Shown piece by piece: positions 49,921-62,550 of a DNA stretch of 64,000 nucleotides. Positions within the stretch are counted from its first letter, which is position 1; each line of letters begins with the position of its first letter. The translations under genes and the position numbers were made by a program. The notes below the pieces were generated by a model that made no database searches, was not told where the DNA came from, and worked only from the letters and a program-made list of their open reading frames with translations. The stretch comes from Octopus bimaculoides (lineage: Eukaryota), in contig NC_068983.1 in assembly GCF_001194135.2 (NCBI RefSeq), positions 103,253,840 through 103,317,839 of the forward strand, read 5' to 3'.

Positions 49921-52900
49921 AGCTTCACTTACATAGCATGGTCAAGAATGACTGTGATGTCCACATGTTTATATTATAATCCTTCATTCAACAGGTGACA
50001 TTTCAGTGTTTCACTGTTTGCCATGTGTTCTATATGAACCAATAAGAAACAAGTAACACATCAGGCATTTTTTAATGTCTATCACAATACTGACTGTGGG
50101 ATTTCTGTTATGTTAACATTACAGGTAAAAGTCCAAAAGTTACTTTTGAATTTGCATATTTTTTTCATGTGGGATGTGTGAACTTTCTGGGCGTATTATA
50201 TACAGTAACCTGATTAAATTCGATTTTAAATATATAAAAAAAAAGTTTTAAAAAACCCTGCATTTTATATATGTGGGATATTTTTTTTGAAATTTCATTA
50301 CCCATAATTAGGTGCATATTATGCACTAATGCAAACTATTTATGAATAAATATGGTTTCCCAACACTCTGCTACACTGGAAACTCAAGCACCTTTTACTG
50401 AAGGTGGGTTGAATAAGAAAAAAAGAATTAATGATGTAACAAAATGGAAAATATAAACAAGAATTTGAATGGTTACAGAGACATGACGGTGAATTCTTGA
50501 CCCCATATTTCAGAATTAAAATTTCGAACTACTAAAACATGCTTCCCTCTGCCTAAGCAACAACAAAGTCCAATCCTACTTTCAGAATTAAGTTGGTAAC
50601 AGTAAAAAGGACAGTCAGCTGTAAAAAATGCACACACACGTAAAAACACATGCTCCAACAGGATGTAAATGCCACCTCCACATATGAACAAATAATAAAT
50701 AGATGTAAAACAGCAATACACACACTCCAGTTGAGTCACAAGTGAAATATACAGAATGTTACATTAATACAACAGGTGAAACTGAAGACAGGTAAGGATG
50801 AATGCAAGTCTGACAAGAAACAGCCTTCTGTCAATGTAACTGAAGTCCTATGTTATTTACAGCTTTAAGTTAACTATAAAGCTAGTTTAAACATCATTGA
50901 ATAGAACAAGATATGTAACAGATCACTTTGAAAAGAAATGAACGTCTCAACTTCCTTTTATTTATCATTATCATCATGGAAAATGGTAAGCTGTGACATT
51001 CATTTCTTTCTGAATTGTTTGATTCTGTGTTACTATCTTATATTCAATGTTGTTTGAACTAACTTATTTTCCTTATACCTTAATAATAAATAGAACCTTT
51101 GCACAGAATCAAAAGAATTAAACTTTTCAAAATGTAAAACAATTCTTCAGTGTAGAAAAACTAAAATGGTACTAATATCATCCTCATCATTTAACTGCTG
51201 GCATGGGTTGGACAGGATCTGATGGGTCCAAGGACTGCATCATGCTCTAATGTTTGTTTTGGTATGGTTTCTATAGCTGGATGCCCTTCTTAATAACAAC
51301 CACTTTACAGTGTGCACTGGGTGCTTTTCTCGTGTCATTGGCACCAATGAAGTTGCCATAAAGCTTACAAACCTACAAAACTCTGCCAGCAGATGATGGC
51401 TGAATATTAATTATTGACATAAGTACTATATGTATCTTGTTGTGTCTTTAATTATTATGGAATAATACATCTAAATTTCATTGTAGATTAAGGTGCATGG
51501 CTTTTGGAAGGTTATTTATAGTTTAGAAAGTAAATTATATCAAACATAAAAGTCAGCAGAGTTCTAGAAGATAAAATATTCTTATGGAATGGAGGAATTT
51601 CAATAACTTATATTCTACCAATCTGACAATCACTTGGATGTGATTTTAAACAGAAATAGTAAAAATACATAAATGTAGTATATTTTGTTTAAATATGAAT
51701 GGAACTATTTAAAAAAGTAAATAAAACTAATCAAGTGAAATAATATTCATGTAATTCAAGTGGCTTAACATGCATATCTCAGTTAAGTCTTCATATCACA
51801 ATGCATGTGCAGAAATGAATGTCAATAATGACCTGTACAAATAGAAACAAGACGCTTTTGCATGCCTGAGCAAAAGAATACACACACACACTTAAAGTAT
51901 GTACCTAGTTATGCATGTAACATACACTTATACACGCACATATAAATAAATACATATACATCAGTAACAAAAATAGATATCTTGGTAACAGTTTAAAAAC
52001 ATACAAACAACACATATACATAGCTTTTCTTGCAATCTGTTATCTGACAATATTCCTTGCTTATATTTAGATTAAATCTTCAAAAGATAATTCTCAACAA
52101 ACACAGACACCAAAGTAAAAATCTAAAACTAAAAATGGAAAGAAAAAAAAAACCTACAAATCTTTACCAACTAACTCATTTGATGATATCTCAATTTGAT
52201 AACAAGCAATGTTATTATGGTAGGACTATCATCACTTCCATCTTGATAGCAGATACATCAAGATGGTTTCTGCACAAATTTAAATGCTCAATGGAGATTT
52301 TATTTTATTTTATTTTTTTAGAAATTAAACAATTTTTAAGCATTTAATATTTTTATTTAAACTTTTCTAAATTTCATTTATGGCATTACAATAGAGAAAC
52401 ACAAAACAAATAGGAAATGTAGAAGAGTTGTAATAATTGGGTTGGCAGGAATAAGCTAAATATGGTCTTTTGGTTTTTGCAACATGAAATTTGGAGAAAT
52501 GAATAAGAGGCAGGATAACTTTTTACATAAGGATAGGACCAGAAATTTGGGACAACCCTAGTATTATTTTGACCTAGGTGGAATTTGAACTCAGCAAATC
52601 ATTTTATCTGATGCTCTAACAATACTGCCAATCCATTTTCTTTCAGAGATGTAATAGTGCCGATGCTTGGTAAATAATTGGTTGAAAGAGAAAGTACTTC
52701 ATTCCTTTAGAATTTAGATTACTTATTCACATTGCATTATTTCGTAACATTGAGATTTTGATGATGCAGCTGCTTATTTTTAAAATGACATTGTAGGGTA
52801 GGTGTGAGAGGTCATATCTGGTTGGTTTGAATGCTAAAGGGTCAAGCTGATAATTCAGGAAATGTGGTCCAAAAAGGACCTGGAGGGAAACATGCAGGTA

Positions 52901-53298
52901 AAACAGGTCTAAGAATTTTTGTTCTCTAACAGATGAAATCACAAAGCATTAAGATATATGAAGAAATACAGCACTGTGGGACAATAAAAAGAAGACTATG
53001 CCAGCAAAGGAGAAATAAATGCCAATATGATGATTATGATGATGATTTAGTTTTTCTTTCATCTCAGGTAAATAATTAAGCAATTTTAGGAAGGTAGTGA
53101 GGGGGATTAAATAAATGAATAAAAATAAAGTTTAATTAAATGCTGATTGTAAAGAAAGCTAATGAATAGCTAGTAGAAAGGGGAATAGAACATTGGCACA
53201 TAATGAATAGTTGAGTGCTTCTGACAGTAGAGGTAATTCCTTCATTTACGAAGGCCACACGAGTCATGATCAACCAAGGAATAATAATATAGAAAGGA

Positions 53299-53338
<40 letters not shown>

Positions 53339-53348
53339 NNNNNNNNNN

Positions 53349-53384
<36 letters not shown>

Positions 53385-54384
53385 CACATACACAAATAAA
53401 ACTATATAAATAGACACAAAAATATATGTATGTACGTGCATGTTTATGTGTATGAGTGCACACACACACCTTAGCTCTACTGTACTTTGGCTTTAGAAGA
53501 ATTAACGTAATTTGTCTGTTTTGTTTTTATATTTTTCTAATGAGGGTTGAAAAAAAAAAATGATTTTTTTTTATAATAAAAACTCAAAGATAGATACAAA
53601 TAAACAACCTAAACAATTAAAAAGCAAGTGTAAAAAAAAAACATTATGCAAGGTAGGAACAAGGGGAAAAAACTTTATACAATTTATACAAAAAATAGGT
53701 AATCATAACTATCCAGGTTCAAATTGATATAGCATACATACACACATATTTCAAGTGTACTGACTGAAAAATGCAGAAGGATGGAAAAGATGGAGGGGTG
53801 GGGGGGAATTCTAAATATTTTGAAGAGAGCATAATGCTAAAAAAGTTTCAGGTCAGAGAAATCTGGAAATTAGCCAGATGCTTTACTGCAACTATAGTAC
53901 TTAAGACTGGTTTGGTTGAGTTGTAGAAAACAAGGGAAAGAATAACAGTTTAAAATATAAGCTGCAATGAATTGGCCAAGATCTTAGCGTTATAACATCT
54001 TTCAAGTGAAGTCAACAATTTTTTTCTTTTTTTTTTTTAAGAGATAGAAAATTTATATTATCAGTTTAGAAGTGCAGACATTTGAGAAAAGAAAATTAAA
54101 ATTTATCTATACTATTACATAATAAATGATTTGCTACATTCCAATCAAACCAAAGATTACACACATATACACACAGAGAGATAGAGGCAAGCCATGTGGG
54201 TGAGATAGAGAAGTTTGCTTTAGGTTCAATCCCGCTGTGTGGCATTTTGTGCACATGTCCTCTATCATCCCTAAACATACGCGTAGATTTGCCAGACAGA
54301 GACTGGAAGAAACTCAGTGTGTTTGTGGGTGCATGCATGCATGCACGTGCACACACACTAATATGTGTATGTATTTACATTTGC

Positions 54385-54757
54385 GGGAGGCGCAATGGCC
54401 CAGTGGTTAGGGCAGCGGACTTGCGGTTTCGATTCCCAGACCAGGCATTGTGAGTGTTTATTGAGCGAAAACACCTAAAGCTCCGCGAAGCTCTGGCAGG
54501 GGAAGGTGACGAACCCTGCTGTACTCTTTCACCACAACTTTCTCTCACTCTTACTTCCTGTTTCTGTTGTGCTTGTAATTCAAAGGGTCAGCCTTGTCAC
54601 ACTGTGTCACGCTGAATATCCCCGAGAACTACATTAATGGTACACGTATCTGTGGAGTGCTCAGCCACTTGCACGTTAATTTCATGAGCAGGCTGTTCCG
54701 TTGATCGTATCAACTGGAACCCTCGACGTCGTAAGCGAAGGAGTGCCAACAACAACA
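54385..54757 (+). mobile_element. Young SINE family B (long variant) with 12-bp TSD
   Basis: TSD atttacatttgc at 54373-54384 and 54758-54769; A-box TGGCCCAGTGG, B-box GTTTCGATTCC, (AAC)n tail; A-B spacing shorter than in the 20533 copy. Confidence 0.92.
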
Positions 54758-55570
54758 ATTTACATTTGCACTTGCTTCTAAGAAGGTTGCAACCTACAAG
54801 TGATGATGTCCAGCAAATTGTCTGCTTGTTTTGTAACTTTGAAGCTGTAAGGAAAAAGAGATCCCTCATTTGTAAAACAGGCAAGGGCTTGTGACAAGAA
54901 GGGCATCTGACTATAAAACAATGCATTGATAGCATTCATTTAACCCATGCTAGCAAAGAAAAAGAGACATAAAATAGATGTATGATATATAGCTATAGAA
55001 TGAAAATCCCTCTCATTCACCCTGTCCCTTCACATGGTTCATCTTTGTAATTAATTTTATTTCTTTATTACTGTCTATATTTGTAGCACCTGCGTATATA
55101 AATACACACATGCACATACGTAAGTAAGATATTCCCAGTAACATACTAATACATGCACATATTACCAACAGTTGTAGAGTTATTGAACTTGTATGGATTT
55201 TCTGTTCTTACTATAAGAGACAACCATCTTGGAATCTACTCTTCATTTGTCAATCTGCAGATTCACATTCAAATAGTTTTGAGAGATAAAAGAAGTTATC
55301 ATCATTATTATAATGAATAATCCACAAGAATTATGGGAATGAAGGGACGAATATCTATAAAATTACAGGATTTATAATGAGAGTAAAACTTTGTTATCTT
55401 TAATTCTTAGCAGCTTGAATCCAGTCTTTTAAAAGTTATCAACTGCAAAAGTTTAGTATTTTGTTATTAGAGAAGTTCTTAAATATACTAGTTGGCCAAA
55501 ATAAATTGCCAAGCTAGTATGATTCAGTGTAAACTATAGTTATAATTTGAAGCCAAGGATGATCTAGGAG

Positions 55571-55732
55571 CAGTGGTACACTTATATTCTTTCCAAAATT
55601 CGGCAGCACACCTGAATTAAAAATATAACTAAAGGTATAGGGAAAAAAATTATATTTAGGTTACACTGCAGTACACCTAACATCGTCTCATAGTACACCA
55701 GTGTGCCACAGCATACCAGTTGCGGAACACTG
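55571..55732. mobile_element. hAT (Charlie-type) MITE
   Basis: CAGTGG...CACTG ends; flanks atctaggag / atctagag resemble an NTCTAGAN 8-bp TSD. Confidence 0.6.
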
Positions 55733-56237
55733 ATCTAGAGCACAGAGAGCAGGAATAAATGTAAGGCATCGTATTCAATGCTCCAATGATTGCCAATTGA
55801 CTGCCTTATCATTTTAGTTTACAGTGACGTTATTATCATTATTACACCAGCAGTTATTGTAGAGACTGCATTGCTACACTACCATTGGTTTCACCCTCTT
55901 ACTTAACAGGTATGTATTACTATTCAGTATATAAAGTTATGGAACTCGTAACTCTTCACACACACACTTATCTCTGTATTCATTTCAAATATATACTAGG
56001 AGCCCTTTTGATAAGCAAAACTATCAGAGTACATGCTTTCTGATGACTGGTGAAATAGCCACAAAATATTCTGTAAAGATAATCTCAACTATTTTTTTAT
56101 GTATCTACAGAACACTCAATCATATTTACATTGTTTAGATTTGCAGAGTGAGGCTTTTTGTTTTTAAGAAAAACTATGTGTGTGTATGTATCAAATTTTC
56201 TGATGTATGTTGTATTGTGCATAAATATTTTTAAATT

Positions 56238-56394
56238 AAGAAGTGGCTGTGTGGTAAGAAGCTTGCTTCCTAACCACATCGATCCCGGTTCAGTCCCACT
56301 GTGTGGCATCTTGGGCGGTGTCTTCTGCTATAACCTCAGGCTGACCAAAGCTTTGTGAGTGAATTTGGTAGACGGAAACTGAAAAAAAACCTGT

Positions 56395-56456
<62 letters not shown>

Positions 56457-56640
56457 TCTCCCCACCATCACTTAACTGAAGTTGGTGTGTTTTACATCCC
56501 TGTAACTTAGTGGTTCAACAAAAAAGACCGCTAGAATAAGTACTAGGTTTACAAAGAATAAGTCCTGAAGTTGATTTCTTCGACTAAAGGCAGTGCTCCA
56601 GTATGATTGCAGTCAAATGATTGAAACATGTAAAAGAATT
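56238..56640 (+). mobile_element. SINE family A, full length
   Basis: Matches the 19500-19955 copy; internal (GT)n. Confidence 0.88.
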
Positions 56641-56831
56641 TAAAAAAACCCACCAATGAATGCATAGTATGTGTCTGCTGATAATTTGTCAAATAACCAC
56701 AAAAAGGTTAGTAAAAACAATCCCAATTATTATTATATATTTCTTTTTTTGTATGGAGAAAACACCTAAATATGGATTTAAATTGTTTTTACATTTTCAC
56801 AGCAAGGTTACAAAATTTTTTTTAAACATTA

Positions 56832-56871
<40 letters not shown>

Positions 56872-56917
56872 AATAATTACTCTGAAGCTTTGTGGAGAAT
56901 ATATTGTATAAAGGATT

Positions 56918-57649
56918 GTAAGGCCAGAAGAATGCGAAGTAAATGCAAGGCAAATCCCAAAAAACAAATATATGAATTAATGAAGACTTACCTTGCATTC
57001 AAAATTTAGGGGTTATGACCCCAGTTTCAAGAAACTGATGTATGTTGCTGATGTGCGTGTGTGTGAGCATGTGTGGAGCAGACATACATGGAAAGGTGTT
57101 GCTATAGCAACCAGTTAGCTTCCTGTAACTGTCTTCTGTATGTTGAGATACTGCATACCAGTCCTTCCCTGAGAAAAGTTCTGTCTAAGAACAACACCTC
57201 TCACTACTCTGAGGAGTACACATTATCAAACTGCCCCATAAACGACCCTGAATTGTGCCAGAGGACCTATGTTGTATACGAGATCACCAGTGGCATATAT
57301 GCATAAAGGAACACATGCAGGTAGACTCTTCTGTGAAGAAACATCTACGGAAATGCCAGACCCGTGAATTCACAGTGTACGTCAGGGTAACACAGCAGAA
57401 CAGGGGTAACCTGAGCATCTCTGAGGCCATCCTTATACACCAAAGAAAACCAAATATCAACAGTAGTAGAGAGTTACAGGAAGCTAGCTGGTTGACGACC
57501 GCACCACACATGCACATCAGCAACATTCGTTAGTTTCTTGAAAATGGGGTCATAACCCTGAAATATTGAATGCAAGGTAAGTCTACATTAATTCATATAT
57601 TTGTTTTCTTGGGATTTGCCTTGCATTTATTTCATTGTTCTAGTCTTAC
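56918..57649 (+). mobile_element. 5'-truncated Penelope-like element with inverted pseudo-LTR and GIY-YIG endonuclease remnant
   Basis: About 200-bp inverted arms (56918-57150 vs 57455-57649). Interior reads C..NDPELCQRTYVVYEIT / IKEHMQVDSSVKKHLRKC...NLSISEAILIHQRKPNIN, the PLE GIY-YIG C-terminal pattern, with the YIG segment missing. Confidence 0.88.
57535..57570 (+). ncRNA. Minimal type I hammerhead ribozyme motif, U3-A8 core variant
   Basis: TTC-TTGAAAA-T-GGGGT-CATA-ACCCT-GAAA-TAT-T-GAA: stem I TTC/GAA, stem II 4 bp plus G-U, palindromic ATAT stem III. Degenerate mirror copy at 56998-57033 (-). Confidence 0.6.
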
Positions 57650-59196
57650 CCGATATATATATATATGTATATTTGTTAGACAGACATATCTGACTTAGAC
57701 AGAGCTGTACTACGACCTTATGTATTTTTATTTGCAAAGAAGAGAAAAGAAGAAAGATCTTGATATCATCAAACTGGCCCGAATACTTGGAACAAAGTAA
57801 ACTCAACTATAAGCACCTAATGATGATGATTTAAGTCTGCTATCCAAGAACAGATACACTTAATCAATCCAATGAGCTTCTCCACAGTTCATTTACTTGA
57901 TTCCATTCACACTGCTCAGATGAATCTGAGGCTATGTTAGAAGATATCGAAAGTGCTACATAGTGGGATTGAAACCAGACCAACAGAACTGCAGAATGAA
58001 CTTGTTTATCACACATTGCCTATATCCATAGCTGTGTGAATGTGTGGCATATCTCCCACATACCCAAATAATTGATATTTTCTCTACATTTTCCATGATT
58101 TTACTGTTTGTGTTAGTTTAGGGGCATTTTGCTCATTTGAATTTAGCATGGTAACTTTTATTTTGTCAAAATGATATATTATGGTTTTGGAAAAAACACT
58201 TTCCTTTCTCCTCCTCTTTTTATAATCTTGAATTTGAAATCTAATCATATTGCTTTACTCTTACATGACATGATGGAATAACAAGATTACTGAAATAACT
58301 TTGAAAAAAAAAAAAAATCCCTTTTGGAAATTATCAACTAGCTATGCACAGGTAGTACGATGGAACCAGAAACAAAGTAACCACTCTCCTGTACCGATAC
58401 CATGATAAAATGCACTCAGTACATCCTGTAAAATTACTGGGTGAACAGACAGGGATAATATAGGGAAGAGAGAACATTTTAGTTCTGATGTGGACATGAC
58501 AACCTGCTGGTGCCATAATAAGGTACATGTTGAACATTCTGAAAGGTGGTCAATAGTTTTTTGAAGGACATCTAGCCATAGAAACATGTCAAAAATGGAA
58601 TGAATGTATAAGTGAGATATAGTCCTCTAACCAGCCAAGGAGAGCAGTGATCCTAAATAATAACTGACTCAGATCAAGGTATCCAGCCAATCTATAGCAG
58701 CTTGGAAAGTAGATATCATGATGATGGTGATCTAGGCAAGGGTTTGGGAATATTTAGTGATACTTCGACATACACACATTTATTTTTAAAGTATTTGTTC
58801 CATTGTTCTTTAGGAGTAAATAAAAATAGAAGTTTAGAAAAAGAAGAAAGCAGGAAAATACATGAATGCTTTTCTATATTTGAGAATCTATGAATGTGTT
58901 TTAATAGCAAGTAGAGTTAGGTAACAAACAGATTAAAAGTGTCAAAGGAAAAAAAATAGATTAGATGAGATAATAACAGATGGCTCTTAATTTTGAAAAA
59001 TAAGACTTACATAACTCTTTTACCAAGAAATCAATAAGAATAACTTAAATTATAAAATAAGGAAGACAGTAATAATATATCATTGATATGATGTATCATT
59101 ACTTACTTAAGTGACATTGTGATTGAAGAAAATAGAAAATGAAGCAAAAATATATCAGCATAGTCTCCTACAGAGTTTTTCACATGTGGGAAGAGA

Positions 59197-59240
<44 letters not shown>

Positions 59241-59305
59241 NNNNNNNNNNNNNNNNNNNNNNNNNNNNNNNNNNNNNNNNNNNNNNNNNNNNNNNNNNNN
59301 NNNNN

Positions 59306-59360
<55 letters not shown>

Positions 59361-60031
59361 TGCGTGTGTGTGTGTGTGTGTGTGTACACATATGCATGCA
59401 CACATATCTGTTGCCCGTCTTCCTCATTAGTTCTCATTACACTCAAGCTAGCAATAGTTAGATTATTCTGAAAATTTGGATATTTTGCATGAATTCTCGA
59501 GGCTGGTAGTTTTTGCAATCTAAACAACTTTCCTTGCGTAAAGCTGGAAGGGTTAATAAATAAATTCTGGTCAATAGACAAGTGATATTGTTTCATGTAC
59601 TAAAAGCTGGATTTGAAAACTCATCAGAATCATTTGGTCAATAGATTAATACATAAAATGTAATGAAATCCAGAAAATTCTTAAATAAATGAAAAATTAC
59701 AGGTAGCAGGAGTGGGAGTGAATTGGCTTAGTGTTTACCCACTTAGTACTGTTATGTTCAAGCACTGTCAAAATACTTATCTAAATTATATTAACATTGT
59801 ACTAGGTATATTAGTACTACAAAGATGTGACTGTGGTAAGAAGTTTGCTTCCCAGCCACATGGTTCTGGGTTCAGTCTCTGAGTGTGGCACCTAGGGCAA
59901 GTGTCTTTGGAAACTGAAATGAGCCCATGTATCTGTAGGCACTACTGGTGTATTACCTAACTATGTATAGGCCTTGTTATAAGGTTAACAGTAGTTGGTA
60001 ATTTAAATGGTAAATTGTGGTTTAATATAGT

Positions 60032-60358
60032 CAGATAAGAAATGGAGCAACAATTAACAATTAGAAGTTGATCACTAGTATTAAATAGTCATAGTTTAAT
60101 TATATTTAAAATAACATTTACAGCTATTTCAGTTTGTTATTTTTGAGGTAAATTTGCATTTATTTCGTTCCATGTAACAAACATCACCAAATCATTCTGA
60201 TGATGTTTCTTACATGGAATGCGATAAATGCAAATTTACCTAAAAAATAACAAACTGAAACAGCTGTAAATGTTATTTTAGATATAATTAAACTATGACC
60301 ATTTAATACCAATGATCACCTTCTAATTGTTAATTGTTGCTCCATTTCTTTTCTTATC

Positions 60359-60360
<2 letters not shown>
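60032..60360. repeat. About 330-bp near-perfect palindrome (probable PLE pseudo-LTR fold-back)
   Basis: Arms of about 160 bp pair around an axis at 60193; the centre holds hammerhead-like CTGATGA and GTTCC/GGAAC-GAAA pieces. Confidence 0.85.
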
Positions 60361-60436
<76 letters not shown>

Positions 60437-61121
60437 GGTGTATGTTTGTGTTACTGTCATGCAAGCAGTAGCTTACATTTCGGATATTCTGTGAAAACAT
60501 GTCTGATTATTGGGAAATATAATACTTTACTTGGAAACAGGTGAGGGTTGGTGATATGAAAGACATTTGGTTGTAGAAAATCTGCCTCAACACATTCTGT
60601 CCAATCCATGCAAGAATGGAATAGTGGATATTAAAAAACGGTGATGATATGTGTGTGTGTTAGTCAGGAGAAAAGTGGTATCCATGACTCCTTAAAGGTA
60701 TCCTCAAACTGGAAACCAGGGCCCCGAATGCTTGCAATAGAGTGGGCTTCACTAAAGGTAGTCAAGGTACAAAGTAGTGGTTTTAAATCAGGCAATTGGT
60801 GAAGTCTACAACCTAGGTGGGCCATGGTAGGATTTGAACTCAGAATGCAAAGAGTCAGAACAGATACAACAAGGCATCCGATCAACCACTTTGGACTGGC
60901 ATTTAAAAAAAACTAATTTTTTTTATAACTCTGAAAGGATGAAAAGTTGACCTCATCAGAATTTGAACTCAGAATGTTGGAACAAACACTATAAGCATTC
61001 TGTCCAAGGCTTTAACAAAGCTGCCAAGACTAAGACTCTGTAATAATTATATCAGTACCATAGTGATACACATATATCCACATGCATATATATACACAAA
61101 CATACATATACTGTATGTGTG

Positions 61122-61174
<53 letters not shown>

Positions 61175-61364
61175 GTAGATGCACATGCATACACACACGT
61201 GACATTAGTTACGTTGGTACTACAGTCACGTAACACTGCAGCAATAGCTATCTAGTACTGCAATCATCAAATGCTGTAATAGCACCTCTCTACTAATGCA
61301 ATGATATAATGCACTAATGGTACTGCAATGATACAAACACAACCCTGAGTTATTAATGAATAAA

Positions 61365-61755
61365 ATACATAATCCTTTACTTGCTTCAGTCACTGGACAG
61401 TGGGCATATAGGGACACTGCTTTGAAGGGTGTTTTTTAAAAAAAATTTTTTAACTCAAACAAATCAACCTCAGTATTTATTTTTGTAAAGTCTGGCACTT
61501 ATTCTATTGGTCTCTATGGCCAAACTGCTAAGTTAAGGGGGTTTAAAACAATATTGGTTGCCAACTGGTGATGGGGGAGAAACACACACACAGACGTGAC
61601 AGGCTTCATTCAGTTTCTGCCCACCAAATCCATTCACAAAGCTTTGGTTGGCTCGAGACTGTAGTAGGAAATACTTGCCAAGATATCACAGTGGGACTGA
61701 ACCCAAAATCATGCGGTTGGGAAACCGACTTATTACCACACATCCACACTTGCAC
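61365..61755 (-). mobile_element. Older SINE family A copy
   Basis: tttacttgcttcagtc...ctttggttggctcgagactgtagtaggaaatacttgcc...gtgggactgaaccc; diverged match to 19500-19955. Confidence 0.75.
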
Positions 61756-62285
61756 CTATTTTCCTTAACCAATATTGATGTGTGGTAAATGCAGTACAGT
61801 GACATATAAAAATAGTTACATTAGTACTATATGTATCCAGTCAAATTGAATCAGATGAAGAAGAGACTGGATTTGCCATGTCCATGTCTTTCTCAAAATT
61901 GCCGGTGAAAATGAAATAGGAACATGCCTCTACATGGTTGTTAGATCAGCTAGAAATAGCAGCTCACTACAGTATCTTGAAAAGATGGACAGATACTTTG
62001 GATAATGTGTTAGATATCCCTTAAGATAGAATTGGTCAAAGCTGGGATAGGTACCTTTAATCATGTTTACTCACTCAACGCTGACACAGGGTTAAACAAC
62101 AAAAACATGGCCCCAGTTTTGGCTCACCAAAAGCTTAGCTTATTACCGCCCACCCATTTTATGGTGTTCACCGCAATTATCTATTTCTGCAATGATGTAA
62201 CATTTGTAATGAACACAATCGTATCAACGGCAGAAGAAGGAGGAAACAAAAAACTAATGAGTATGTTTAATATCTACATCCCCAG

Positions 62286-62287
<2 letters not shown>

Positions 62288-62336
<49 letters not shown>

Positions 62337-62403
62337 CAGAGAGGAGAGAAACGGAGAGAGAGAGAGAGGAAGAGAGAGATAGAGGGGAAGAGAGAGATAG
62401 AGG

Positions 62404-62446
<43 letters not shown>

Positions 62447-62475
62447 AGAGAGAGAGAGAGAAAGANNNNNNNNNN

Positions 62476-62511
<36 letters not shown>

Positions 62512-62550
62512 AGAGAGAGAGAGAGAAAGAGAAAGAGAGAGAGAGAGAGA
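62288..62550. repeat. (GA)n / (GAGAAA)n polypurine microsatellite
   Basis: Direct reading; includes an N gap. Confidence 0.95.

Noticed and set aside
56040-56060. CTGATGA...GAAA hammerhead-like words
   Set aside because: Only 5 nt between the core halves; stem II cannot form.
58330-58720. Possible very old plus-strand LINE 3' end
   Set aside because: It ends in an RTE-like tail, but the peptide resemblance is too fragmentary to call.
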